The notes: generated by a model not told the origin, from the sequence alone. Counted from the stretch's first letter, positions 9,500 through 18,400 are shown. The stretch is 64,000 bases of DNA from Candidatus Avelusimicrobium pecoris (GCA_902761975.1 CACWMG010000002.1:4179-68178), one strand, 5' to 3'. Numbers and translations are program-made.

Positions 9500-10692
9500 T
9501 GCGTAAGATGTTGCACGTACTGGTAGCGGTTTGCTTGCTTATAACTGCTCCCTTGGCTCCGGCGCGTGCCGAGCTTACCCTCCCGCCCGACGTTATGCAC
9601 CACGCCACGGTGGGCATTAACGGCGTATATAGCTTGGATTTTGACACCGCCCAAGAGCACATTGCCTGGGTCTTTGAACACTACCCGGACCACCCCTTCG
9701 CGCATTTTGGCAACGCCATGATCGCCTGGAGCCGCTACGAGTACGAGTTTGAAACCAGCGACGACGCCCAACGCAAAGTCTTTGAAAAAATCCTGGACGA
9801 TTCCATTTCCGGCATCAAACGCTGGATCAAAAAAAACCCGCAGGATTCCAACGCCTACATGGGCATTGGGGCGCTGTACGGGTTGCGTGCGTTGTTTAAC
9901 ATGCGCAACCGCAACTGGATTACGTCATATTTTGCGGGGCGCAAAGCCATTAACAATTTGGAAAAATCCCTCAAGTTGGACCCTACGTACTACGACGCCT
10001 ATTTTGGCCTGGGCATTTACCAGTATTACGCAGGCACGTTACCCTCGGTCATCAAGGTACTGGCCAAAATTGTAGCCATTAAAGGCAATCCGCAAGAGGG
10101 GGTCCAATTTTTAAACCTCGCGCGCGAAAAAGCCCACTTCACCTCCGACAGTGCCAAACTAATTTTAATAGAAGTGCAAAACACCCGGAACAGTCCCTTT
10201 TACGCGCCCGAAAAATCCCTGGAATTTATCCGTCAGCTTCGCGCCAAATTTCCCAACAATCCGCTCATGCACTATGTGGAAATTATCTGCCTGTACGAAA
10301 CCGGCCACTTGGACGACGTAACCGCCCAAGCCAACCAGTTTTTAAAACGAATTGGCACCGATAAATTTTATAAAGATATTTACATCCCCCGCGCCTACAC
10401 CGCCCTGGGCACCGCCCAAATGGCGCAAGGCAATTTTGAGACCGCCCGCCAACTGTTTGAAGAAGGGCAAGAAAAAATTAAAAACCAAGAGCCCAGCCGT
10501 TGGGGCGTATGGAACGCTTTGCGTTTAGGCCAAGTGTACGACGTACTGGGCCAGCGTACCCAAGCGCAAGCCCAATACAAATACGTGCTTTCGTTTAAGG
10601 ACAAATGGGGCTTTGATGATTTGGCCAAAAGTTATTTAAAAAAGCCCTATGTCGTCCCGGCAGACGGCGTCGGCCCCTTGCCACCGCTGTAA
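9499..10692 (+). CDS. Secreted TPR-repeat protein
   Basis: Signal peptide; TPR-like helices (LKLDPTYYDAYFGLG). Confidence 0.7.
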   Translation: MRKMLHVLVAVCLLITAPLAPARAELTLPPDVMHHATVGINGVYSLDFDTAQEHIAWVFEHYPDHPFAHFGNAMIAWSRYEYEFETSDDAQRKVFEKILDDSISGIKRWIKKNPQDSNAYMGIGALYGLRALFNMRNRNWITSYFAGRKAINNLEKSLKLDPTYYDAYFGLGIYQYYAGTLPSVIKVLAKIVAIKGNPQEGVQFLNLAREKAHFTSDSAKLILIEVQNTRNSPFYAPEKSLEFIRQLRAKFPNNPLMHYVEIICLYETGHLDDVTAQANQFLKRIGTDKFYKDIYIPRAYTALGTAQMAQGNFETARQLFEEGQEKIKNQEPSRWGVWNALRLGQVYDVLGQRTQAQAQYKYVLSFKDKWGFDDLAKSYLKKPYVVPADGVGPLPPL

Positions 10693-10915
10693 CCGTACAA
10701 CCTGTATAAAACACCGCATTTCCCCAAGGACAAGGGACATAGCGGATAAGATGATTTTTCAAATTTGAGCCGTATTTGCGGGGCAAGTTGCCCGAAGTTG
10801 TACTGCAAGGTACTACGAGAGGCAAGGGACCGCAAAGACGTCCAAATTTGGAAAATTGTTTCGCTGGCAAGCAACAAAATTTAAAAATCTTTTGTTTTTA
10901 AATTTTGTGCGAAAA
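10692..10915 (+). repeat. Dispersed rod-hairpin element, copy 1
   Basis: GGATAAGATGATTTTTCAAATTTG...CAAATTTGGAAAATTG rod plus AT hairpin 10874-10908; homologous to five other copies. Confidence 0.85.
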
Positions 10916-10982
10916 ATGGATATTTGCGTCTGACGTCTTTCCCCCCCTTGCATTTTCCCGTCGGTATTTGTATCATAATCGT

Positions 10983-11615
10983 ATGACTACCGAAATGCTT
11001 ATTAAAATTTTTCTCTCGTTGGTCCTAGGCGGTGCGCTGGGCATGGAACGCCAATATCACGATAAGCCCGCCGGCTTTGCCACCAACTGCCTGATTTGTT
11101 TGGGGGCCATGCTGTTCACCATTTTGTCCCAAATTATGGGCCACGCCGGGGGAGACCCGGGGCGCATTGCGGCGCAAATTGTAACGGGCGTAGGTTTTAT
11201 TGGCGCCGGGTCTATTTTGCGCGACGGCAATAAAATTTCCGGCCTTACCACAGCGGCCAACGTGTGGATTGTAGCCGCTATCGGGATGGCGGTAGGATAT
11301 GGGGAATATATCTGGGCCTCTTCTTGCACCACGGCTATTTTGCTGATTCAACTGTTGCTACGCCGTGCGCTCATATGGGTAGAACAACTGCGCCATTACG
11401 ATACACTCTATATTACGTGTGAGCCGCATTGGAACGTGGTGGAAAAAATCACCACCCAAATTGAAAAACAAAACATCCGTATTTTACGTAGCGAAGTGAA
11501 CAAGCAAGACAATCTTTTCCACGTCAACATTGTGGCGTCGTTCACCGCGCACGAATTTCAAAATGTAACCAAAGAACTCTTGGAAATGCCCGAAGTCCAC
11601 AGCCTTTTCCAGTAA
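10983..11615 (+). CDS. MgtC/SapB family membrane protein
   Basis: GMERQ..KPAG, DPGRIAAQIVTGVGFIGAG, GLTTAA; ATG 10983. Confidence 0.9.
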   Translation: MTTEMLIKIFLSLVLGGALGMERQYHDKPAGFATNCLICLGAMLFTILSQIMGHAGGDPGRIAAQIVTGVGFIGAGSILRDGNKISGLTTAANVWIVAAIGMAVGYGEYIWASSCTTAILLIQLLLRRALIWVEQLRHYDTLYITCEPHWNVVEKITTQIEKQNIRILRSEVNKQDNLFHVNIVASFTAHEFQNVTKELLEMPEVHSLFQ

Positions 11616-11626
11616 TTGCATTTATT

Positions 11627-11932
11627 TCGCCCCTCGCCCCTGGAGGTGCAAAGCACACCCTGCCGCTTGTTCTGCATTTTCCCCCTCCCCCCTGGAGGGG
11701 GAGGATGCCCGTAGGGCAGGAGAGGGGGAAACCGTACTTCTTTTCGTCGTCATGCTGAACCGCGGCCTTTACCGCTTGGCCGCGCCCTGAAAAGTTTTAA
11801 TTCAGGGTCTTATCAAACAGGTTCAGCATCTCCACCTCTTTAAGTCGTCGTAGGTCAGGTTTTACCTGACATCCATAAAGCCGTCATCCCCGATTTTTCC
11901 GTCCGCTCGGGGATCCCCGCCTTATTCCCCTT
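11627..11932 (+). repeat. Composite REP array (CCCCTCCCC-type, GTCAT-type, GTAG-type)
   Basis: ccccctcccccctggagggggagg..agaggggg; gtcatgctgaac..gttcagcatctcc; gtaggtcagg..cctgac; gtcatccccga..tcggggatcc. Confidence 0.85.
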
Positions 11933-12008
11933 CCACTATATTCCTATTGCTTTTTTTAACTTTGTTTTGTAAATTGTAGTTGTCAGTTATCTTACAAAAG
12001 GAGACCAC

Positions 12009-12632
12009 ATGAAAAAACTACTCATTGCAGTACTAGCCGTACTATTTGTTGCCCCGGCCGCTATGGCTAAAGACTGGGGTATTGGGGTAAAACTCGGGGC
12101 AGGTGAAAACGACCCGAAAGACCTTAAGAACATATATGATAAAAGTTCCGGCTACAACCGCGAGCTGGACAAAAGTGCCGGTTTCTTTAGTTTAGAAGTC
12201 CTGCACGAATGGGCCCTTAACGACGAAGCCAATAAAATTGGTGCCAAAATCGGTTGGGACATGTATGGGGAAAACAAAGTGGAACGCCACTTAGGTGTTT
12301 ATAATCAAGAAATTAAAGAAGAAACGTACGCTTTCCCCTTTACCGTTTATTATAAACGCGATAACGGTATCCAAAAACTCTCTTGGTTTGGTGGTGCTGG
12401 TTTTACCATTATGCACTCCAAATTAAAAGCAACCGGTTGGGTAAAAGACGACACTTCTAAAACCAAAGTGTTCCCGCACTTAGTAATCGGTGGCGAATAT
12501 CGCTTTACGCGCGTATTTGCCCTGGGGTTAGAAGCCCGCTACAACTTTGCCGCCAAAGTGAAAAAAGACGGGGATGTCCTTTCGGATCGTTCCGGCTTTG
12601 GGGGAGCTTTAACCGGCCGTTTCTACTTCTAA
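12009..12632 (+). CDS. Outer membrane beta-barrel protein (OmpW/OmpA-like)
   Basis: Signal peptide, alternating beta strands, C-terminal GRFYF Bam signal. Confidence 0.8.
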   Translation: MKKLLIAVLAVLFVAPAAMAKDWGIGVKLGAGENDPKDLKNIYDKSSGYNRELDKSAGFFSLEVLHEWALNDEANKIGAKIGWDMYGENKVERHLGVYNQEIKEETYAFPFTVYYKRDNGIQKLSWFGGAGFTIMHSKLKATGWVKDDTSKTKVFPHLVIGGEYRFTRVFALGLEARYNFAAKVKKDGDVLSDRSGFGGALTGRFYF

Positions 12633-12647
12633 GTTTTCTTAGAAACC

Positions 12648-12675
12648 CAAACACCCGCTTTTAGCGGGTGTTTTT
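12648..12675 (+). terminator. Intrinsic terminator
   Basis: AAAACACCCGC-TTTTA-GCGGGTGTTTTT. Confidence 0.85.
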
Positions 12676-12777
12676 ATTTCCCTTAAATTTTAAGCATTTT
12701 TGTTATATTGTGTGAAAAATCCGTAAAACTTCTGTGTAAACCTGGCATTTCTCGCCGTCCTTGTGCGTATACATTAG

Positions 12778-12900
12778 CGTCATCCTGAACTTGATTCAGG
12801 ATCTCCACATCTTTAAGCCGTTATAGGTCAGGTGTAAGCCTGACATCAAATAAGGTTGTCATTCCCGAGAGTCTCTGTCGGGAATCTTCCACGTACTAAG
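12778..12900 (+). repeat. Composite REP array (GTCAT, GTAG, GTCAT)
   Basis: Same order and linkers as 11748-11932. Confidence 0.85.
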
Positions 12901-12904
12901 TTGT

Positions 12905-13255
12905 TGTTTTTAAATTTTGTGCGCAAAAACCCAACATCACGCCCGCCGTCAACCTGGCCGTGCAGGATAGCACCGGGAAAAATAGAGGATAAGATGATTT
13001 TTCAGATTTGAGCCGTATTTGGAGACAAGTCGTTGCCGTCCGTCACATCACCGCGTAAAACTTACGGTTGGCTGATTTGTCAGATTTGAGGCAGATTGAA
13101 ACCGTAAGTTGCCCGAAGGCGTAGCAGCGCTACGTCGAGTCGGCAAGTCGGTTTCAAGGTGCCCAAATGTGGCAAATGGTTGCCCGGAAAACAACAAAAC
13201 CCAAAACTTTACGTTTTGGGTTTTGTGCGTACAAAAATGTGCGTCACCGGGAAGT
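12905..13255 (+). repeat. Dispersed rod-hairpin element: tail-head junction, truncated head and full rod (copy 5)
   Basis: 12905-13005 matches the reverse complement of 17937-18035; 13035-13255 matches the reverse complement of 38856-39080. Confidence 0.85.
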
Positions 13256-13257
13256 CG

Positions 13258-14181
13258 TTACAACATTTTGCTTTTCAAGCGGCTGGCAATATTATCCAAC
13301 TCCTCTAACGAGTGATAATGAATTACCAACGTCCCTTTTTGCGGGTTGCGCCCGTGTTTTATTTCCACCTTAGTGCCCAACGCCTCCTGCATGTCTTGCT
13401 CAAAGGCATATATGTCGGGATTTTGTTGCTTTTCCGCGGTAGCATTTCTTTCTTGGGCACGGTTTTGCTCTGCCAACAACCGGTTGACCATTTGTTCCGT
13501 CTGCCGTACCGAGCATTTCATACGCATAATATGGTTAAATACGTCTACGCGGAACGCCCCCGGCGTCAGCATCAGTAACGCACGGGCATGCCCTTCGGTA
13601 ATCGTTCCGTCTTGCAAGGCCTGTTGCACTTCGGGCTCCAATTCCAGCAAGCGCAGTGTATTGGAAATAGACGCTTTGGATTTCCCACAATACCCCGCCA
13701 AATCTACCTGTTTAATGAAGAATTTTTGCATCAAACTGCGGTAGCCAAGCGCGGTTTCAATGGGGTTTAAGTCTTCGCGTTGGATGTTTTCAATTAAAGC
13801 CAGAGCGCAGAGTTGTTGGTCGTCCAAATGTTTGTGGATAATGGCGTCTATCGTCGTAAGGCCGGCTAGTTTAGTGGCTCTAAAACGTCGTTCGCCCACT
13901 ACAATTTCATATTTATCCAAGCTAGCGTCATACACTACCACAATAGGTTGCGTAAGCCCATGCTCTTTAATAGAGGCGGCCAGTTCTTGCAGTTTTTCTT
14001 CGTCAAATACACGGCGGGGCTGAAAGCGGTTAGGTACAATTTTGCTCACTTCAATTTTTTGTACGCTCAGCTCGGGCAAATTGGCCACGGCCTGTACGGC
14101 CTCCTGCGTCGGTAAATTGGAAATTTCTTGCGTCTGTTTCAGTAAGGCATCTAAGCCCTTTCCTAATGCTTGTCTGGCCAT
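13258..14181 (-). CDS. parB: Chromosome partitioning protein ParB
   Basis: LGKGLDAL, PNRFQPR, VGERRFRA, ENIQREDLNPIE; GGAGG RBS before ATG 14181. Confidence 0.97.
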   Translation of the reverse strand: MARQALGKGLDALLKQTQEISNLPTQEAVQAVANLPELSVQKIEVSKIVPNRFQPRRVFDEEKLQELAASIKEHGLTQPIVVVYDASLDKYEIVVGERRFRATKLAGLTTIDAIIHKHLDDQQLCALALIENIQREDLNPIETALGYRSLMQKFFIKQVDLAGYCGKSKASISNTLRLLELEPEVQQALQDGTITEGHARALLMLTPGAFRVDVFNHIMRMKCSVRQTEQMVNRLLAEQNRAQERNATAEKQQNPDIYAFEQDMQEALGTKVEIKHGRNPQKGTLVIHYHSLEELDNIASRLKSKML

Positions 14182-14182
14182 A

Positions 14183-15016
14183 TTATCCTCCAAAATCGTA
14201 ATTTAACGGCGTATCGCCGGCTAATTTAAAGTCGCGGTAGTCTTCAATCTTGCCGCCGCGGCGGACTAAAAACTCTACCGCTAATTTAATATAGGCCTCT
14301 GCCCCCCGGCAAGCGGGTTCATAGTCAAAAATAGCTTGTCCAAAACTGGGGGCTTCTGCCAAGCGGATATTACGCGGGATAGGCGTTTTATAAATTTTAT
14401 CGCCAAAATAGCGGCTGACTTCCTCGCGCACTTGTTTGGCTAAGTTCAGGTGGGAATCGTACATAGTAAGTACCCCCCCATCCATTTGGAGTTTAGGGTG
14501 CAGAAATTGTTTAATTTTATTGACAGTACCCATAAAATGGGCCAACCCTTCCATGGCATAATACTCGCATTGTACCGGGGTAATAACGCTATCGGCAGCC
14601 ATCATAGCATTGAGGGTTAAAAGCCCCAAAGAGGGTGGACAATCAATAATAATAAATTTGTACATATCCCGGATAGGGGCTAATGCGTCGCGTAGCATAT
14701 TTTCGCGCCCGCGCACATTTACCAGTTCCACCTCGGCCCCAGCCAAATCTTTACAGGCCGGCAGTACATCTAAAAATTCATTAGAGGTTTGCCGTACTAC
14801 CTGGTCAAAGGGGGCTACTTTGGTAAGCAAATGATAAACTGATTTTTCCCCATCTGCCACCGTTACCCCTAGGCCCGAGCCGGCATTACCTTGCGGGTCA
14901 AAATCCACTAAAAGCACTTCCTGGTTTAAGCAGGCCAGTGCGTATGCTAAATTGATAGAGGTGGTAGTTTTCCCCACCCCGCCTTTTTGATTCGCTACGA
15001 CTACAATTTCTGCCAT
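14183..15016 (-). CDS. parA: Chromosome partitioning ATPase ParA/Soj
   Basis: NQKGGVGKTT, DPQGN, IDCPPSLG, RLAEAPSFG. Confidence 0.97.
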   Translation of the reverse strand: MAEIVVVANQKGGVGKTTTSINLAYALACLNQEVLLVDFDPQGNAGSGLGVTVADGEKSVYHLLTKVAPFDQVVRQTSNEFLDVLPACKDLAGAEVELVNVRGRENMLRDALAPIRDMYKFIIIDCPPSLGLLTLNAMMAADSVITPVQCEYYAMEGLAHFMGTVNKIKQFLHPKLQMDGGVLTMYDSHLNLAKQVREEVSRYFGDKIYKTPIPRNIRLAEAPSFGQAIFDYEPACRGAEAYIKLAVEFLVRRGGKIEDYRDFKLAGDTPLNYDFGG

Positions 15017-15064
15017 AAATCCTCCTGCCTATATTTAACTATATTCCATAAAAAAAAGCAAGAA

Positions 15065-15080
15065 GTTTTCACGTGAAAAC
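15065..15080. promoter_or_regulatory. parS-like site 1
   Basis: Perfect palindrome GTTTTCACGTGAAAAC upstream of parA. Confidence 0.85.
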
Positions 15081-15109
15081 TTCCTGCCGGGGTTTTAAAG
15101 TGTTAAAAA

Positions 15110-15125
15110 GTTTTCACGTGAAAAC
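15110..15125. promoter_or_regulatory. parS-like site 2
   Basis: Identical palindrome. Confidence 0.85.
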
Positions 15126-15144
15126 TTTTTAGGCCTTTTAGCGC

Positions 15145-16116
15145 TTATTTAATAAGCCCTACTTTATTTAAAGGCCAGTGAATAAACCAGGCTTTACCTT
15201 TAATATTTTTGCGCGGCACCGGGCCCCAAAAGCGTGAATCGCACGAATTATCCCGGTTATCCCCCATTACAAAATAGCTATCTGCGGGTACTGTTACAGG
15301 GCCAAAATCGTCCCGTAGTTCCATACCCATATAATTATCTAATAGGTGCTCTTGCCAAATTTGTTGGTACAATTCCGGGTCGTCATTGATTACACCCGAA
15401 ATACGGGGTATATCCTCATAAACCTCATAAGGTTGGGCGGGTAGTTCCTTCCCATTAACCCAAGGGCGGCCATTTTTAACCTCTACCACATCCCCAGGGC
15501 CGGCAATAACACGTTTTACAAAATCACGCCCGTACTGGGTTTGATAGCCGCAATTTACTTGGCTGCGGTCTTTAGCCGGAAATTCAAAAATGATAATATC
15601 CCCGGGGGTAATCTCTTTAAATTGGCCAAAACGGTAATTTGTAAAAGGGATTCTAAAACCATAGACCGCTTTATTTACAAATAAATGGTCTCCCTCCACT
15701 AATGTATAGCGCATAGAGGCAGAAGGGATTTTAAAGGCTTGGATAAAAAAGAACATAACTATAGAGGCTACAAATCCGGCAAAATAAACGGTATTACACC
15801 AATCTAGGTCTGCCTTGATTATTTTTTCCTGGGCTTTTTCCCCCGCTTTAGAGGCGGTAAAATAGCCATAAATACTAGCCCCTAAAACAAGGATTTCCCC
15901 TACTATAAATTTTTTAACCGGGTAAGGTTCCCCTAATCCTCCGTTCATTACAAACAAGAAAATATAGAGAGCACAGGTTAAAATTAAAAATAAAAAACCG
16001 GCATGCCACTTATTGAAAATATGTGGTAGTGTTAATTTGTTGTGCTTTTTAAGCCAACGCGTGCCTAGCATAAAGGCGTACATAATGCATGCGGCAGTAA
16101 ATAATCTTGCTTCCAT
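15145..16116 (-). CDS. lepB: Signal peptidase I
   Basis: IPSASM (Ser), DFVKRVI (Lys), MGDNRDNSCDSRFWG; GGAGG RBS before ATG 16116. Confidence 0.95.
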   Translation of the reverse strand: MEARLFTAACIMYAFMLGTRWLKKHNKLTLPHIFNKWHAGFLFLILTCALYIFLFVMNGGLGEPYPVKKFIVGEILVLGASIYGYFTASKAGEKAQEKIIKADLDWCNTVYFAGFVASIVMFFFIQAFKIPSASMRYTLVEGDHLFVNKAVYGFRIPFTNYRFGQFKEITPGDIIIFEFPAKDRSQVNCGYQTQYGRDFVKRVIAGPGDVVEVKNGRPWVNGKELPAQPYEVYEDIPRISGVINDDPELYQQIWQEHLLDNYMGMELRDDFGPVTVPADSYFVMGDNRDNSCDSRFWGPVPRKNIKGKAWFIHWPLNKVGLIK

Positions 16117-16129
16117 AATCCTCCAAAAA

Positions 16130-16145
16130 GTTTTCACGTGAAAAC
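16130..16145. promoter_or_regulatory. parS-like site 3
   Basis: Identical palindrome. Confidence 0.85.
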
Positions 16146-16190
16146 TTTTTTAGTTTTAAATTTTTAAAATCGGTCCAAATTTTGTAAAAA

Positions 16191-16206
16191 GTTTTCACGT
16201 GAAAAC
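16191..16206. promoter_or_regulatory. parS-like site 4
   Basis: Identical palindrome, extendable to 32 bp (16183-16214). Confidence 0.85.
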
Positions 16207-16209
16207 TTT

Positions 16210-17298
16210 TTACAGGTTTGCAATTTGCTCATATAGCCGTTCATATTGCTGATTACTATCCGGGACTAAATGAGCTTTTTTAAAGTTTTCCTGCCCCATA
16301 CGCTCCCGTAAGCGGGTATTGGTATAGAGCTCGGTTAATAGACAACTTACCAGGGTTTCATCCGTTGAATTGCAGACAAAACCATTTTGCCCATGGATAA
16401 TTTGGCGGGGCATATCCCCCACCTTACTGACAATACAGGGGAGCCCCACTTGTTGGGCCTCTAATAAGGCCAAGGGCAGGGATTCCTCTTTAGATAATAA
16501 TACAAATACATCTGCCATATTGAGCCATTCATTGATATTTCGCTGGGCCCCCACTAAAAATATATTTTTTTCTAAAAGATTCACTTTAATAAAGTTTTCT
16601 AAATCTTGTTTTAATTCCCCCTCCCCCACTAAAATAAGTTTGGCATGGGGACAAGTGGGAATAATATTAGAAAACGCTTGCACCAAGTCTAGCGGATTTT
16701 TAACCGGGGCTAAACGCGCCACACTTATAAAAATAATATCATCCTTGGAAAAGTTGTTTTTTTGGCGCATTTGCGTTCTTATAAAATTATCCTTAAAAAA
16801 TAAGGATTTTTCTACAGAATTAGTTATAAGCAACGTTTTTGAGGGGGGGTAACCTTGGATATCCCGCAAATAGTTAAAAGTGGACACGGATTCGGCCGTG
16901 CTCACGCTATCTAGGTTTTTAAGCGTGCGGTCCAACCAGCGCATCCACAACGGTTTTTGGGATAAATCAAAATGCGGGGTGGTAATTAATTTTACGTTTA
17001 GGCCCGCACAAGCCAGGCGCGCAAACTCTATGGCGCGAAACAGCAGGGCGTGGACTATATCCGGCTGAAAGGTTTTAATTTCTTGTTTTAATTTAGAGAC
17101 ACACCCCAGGCCGGCCCCGGTCATTTCTAACGACGTAACCGACGCGCCAAGCGCCTGCAATTGGGCGGCGACAGGGCCGCAAGGCTTGAGGCTTACTACG
17201 CGTACGGTGTGGAGGGGGGAAATGGTTTTGACCAGTGAAACGAGGGATTTTTCCGCGCCGCCGACGTCGGTAGAGGTGATGACGTATAATAATTTCAT
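16210..17298 (-). CDS. GT4 family glycosyltransferase
   Basis: GGAEK, VARLAPVKN, EX7E motif (ESLPLALLE). Confidence 0.9.
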   Translation of the reverse strand: MKLLYVITSTDVGGAEKSLVSLVKTISPLHTVRVVSLKPCGPVAAQLQALGASVTSLEMTGAGLGCVSKLKQEIKTFQPDIVHALLFRAIEFARLACAGLNVKLITTPHFDLSQKPLWMRWLDRTLKNLDSVSTAESVSTFNYLRDIQGYPPSKTLLITNSVEKSLFFKDNFIRTQMRQKNNFSKDDIIFISVARLAPVKNPLDLVQAFSNIIPTCPHAKLILVGEGELKQDLENFIKVNLLEKNIFLVGAQRNINEWLNMADVFVLLSKEESLPLALLEAQQVGLPCIVSKVGDMPRQIIHGQNGFVCNSTDETLVSCLLTELYTNTRLRERMGQENFKKAHLVPDSNQQYERLYEQIANL

Positions 17299-17320
17299 TA
17301 GGTTTATTATAGCAATTATA

Positions 17321-17560
17321 ACGGCGGACGTGACGTTGGGTTTTTGCGCACAAAATTTAAAAACAGGGGATTTTTAAATTTTGTTGCTTGCCTGCGATAC
17401 AATTTTCCAAAACCGGGCCCCTTTGACGTACCTTGGGCTTGACGTGTCATCCAGACACGCCTTTGCGCCCAACTTGTCCGCCAAATTGTCCTCGGTTTTG
17501 AAAAATCATCTTATCCTCTATTTTTCCCGGTGTTTGGGGAAAACGGTGTTTTGTACAGGC
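17321..17560 (-). repeat. Dispersed rod-hairpin element, copy 2
   Basis: Near-identical to 29215-29380 over the rod; hairpin 17350-17384. Confidence 0.88.
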
Positions 17561-17608
17561 GGGAGAAATTTATTGACGATAAAACAGTAATTTAGTAGTG
17601 TAAGTATT

Positions 17609-17923
17609 ATGAAAAAATTTTTTATTTTATTAATTGCTTGCACCCTATTTTGCGGGTGCGGATTATACGGCACGACGAAATACTCCGTCACTTTAAATGC
17701 CCAGGCTGCTGATTTGCACGACATAGAACACCTTAAAAAGACGTCGTCGTGCTCGTTTTTGATTTTAGGGTTTATCCCATGGCCGTGGCATAAAAACAAA
17801 ACGCCCGATACCCTCTTAGAAGCCATACAAAAAGAGGGCATTCAAAAAATTGTGTGGATAGACAGCACGTATGACTACAAATTCACATACGCTGACAAAT
17901 GCCAAAATGCGTATGGATATTAA
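17609..17923 (+). CDS. Small lipoprotein, TRL-like family
   Basis: Lipobox-like FCGC; SSCSFLILG..AIQKEGIQKIVWID pattern. Confidence 0.55.
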   Translation: MKKFFILLIACTLFCGCGLYGTTKYSVTLNAQAADLHDIEHLKKTSSCSFLILGFIPWPWHKNKTPDTLLEAIQKEGIQKIVWIDSTYDYKFTYADKCQNAYGY

Positions 17924-17936
17924 GCGGTTTGTTTGA

Positions 17937-18400
17937 TGAAAAAAAATCTTATCTTCTATTTTTTCTGGTGCTATCCTAAACGATCTGGTTGACGGCGGGC
18001 GTGATGCTGGGTTTTTGCGCACAAAATTTAAAACAGAGGGTAGTTGGGCTTATGTAAGGGGGAAAATAAGGTGGAGATCCCCGAGTCCTGCGGACGGCAA
18101 TATCGGGGATGACAACTTTTTTATGTCAGGCTTACACCTGACCTATAACAGCAAGAGGAAATTTCAAAATAAATTTGCGCCTGTTCGCAAGAATTTGTCC
18201 TGTTTTCAAATTTGAGAAAATAAGCCGCCGTATGTTGCCCCGTCAAACCGAAAACTAAATAGCAAAGGGAAATTTCAAAATAAATTTGCGCCTGTCTAGG
18301 CGTGGGCCGACGTAGCGTACGGTTTGCGGACGGCCCGCAAGGGCCGCAAGTACGTAAGGAGGCCCAGAACAAAGAGAGGCGCAAATTTAGGAAGAAATTT
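17937..18400. repeat. Repeat cluster: element tail-head junction, GTCAT and GTAG REPs, ERIC-like foldback
   Basis: 17937-18035 matches 12905-13005; 18057-18146 REP pair; 18270-18400 long inverted repeat; partial duplicate at 18151-18184. Confidence 0.8.

Noticed and set aside
11627-13255. Repeat clusters as CRISPR arrays
   Set aside because: Units are heterogeneous palindromes without identical repeats or regular unique spacers; no cas genes
13109-13373. Short ORFs in repeat regions (also 10595-10877, 18015-18384, 28987-29384, 38758-39321)
   Set aside because: Translations of non-coding repeats with no evident RBS or protein motifs
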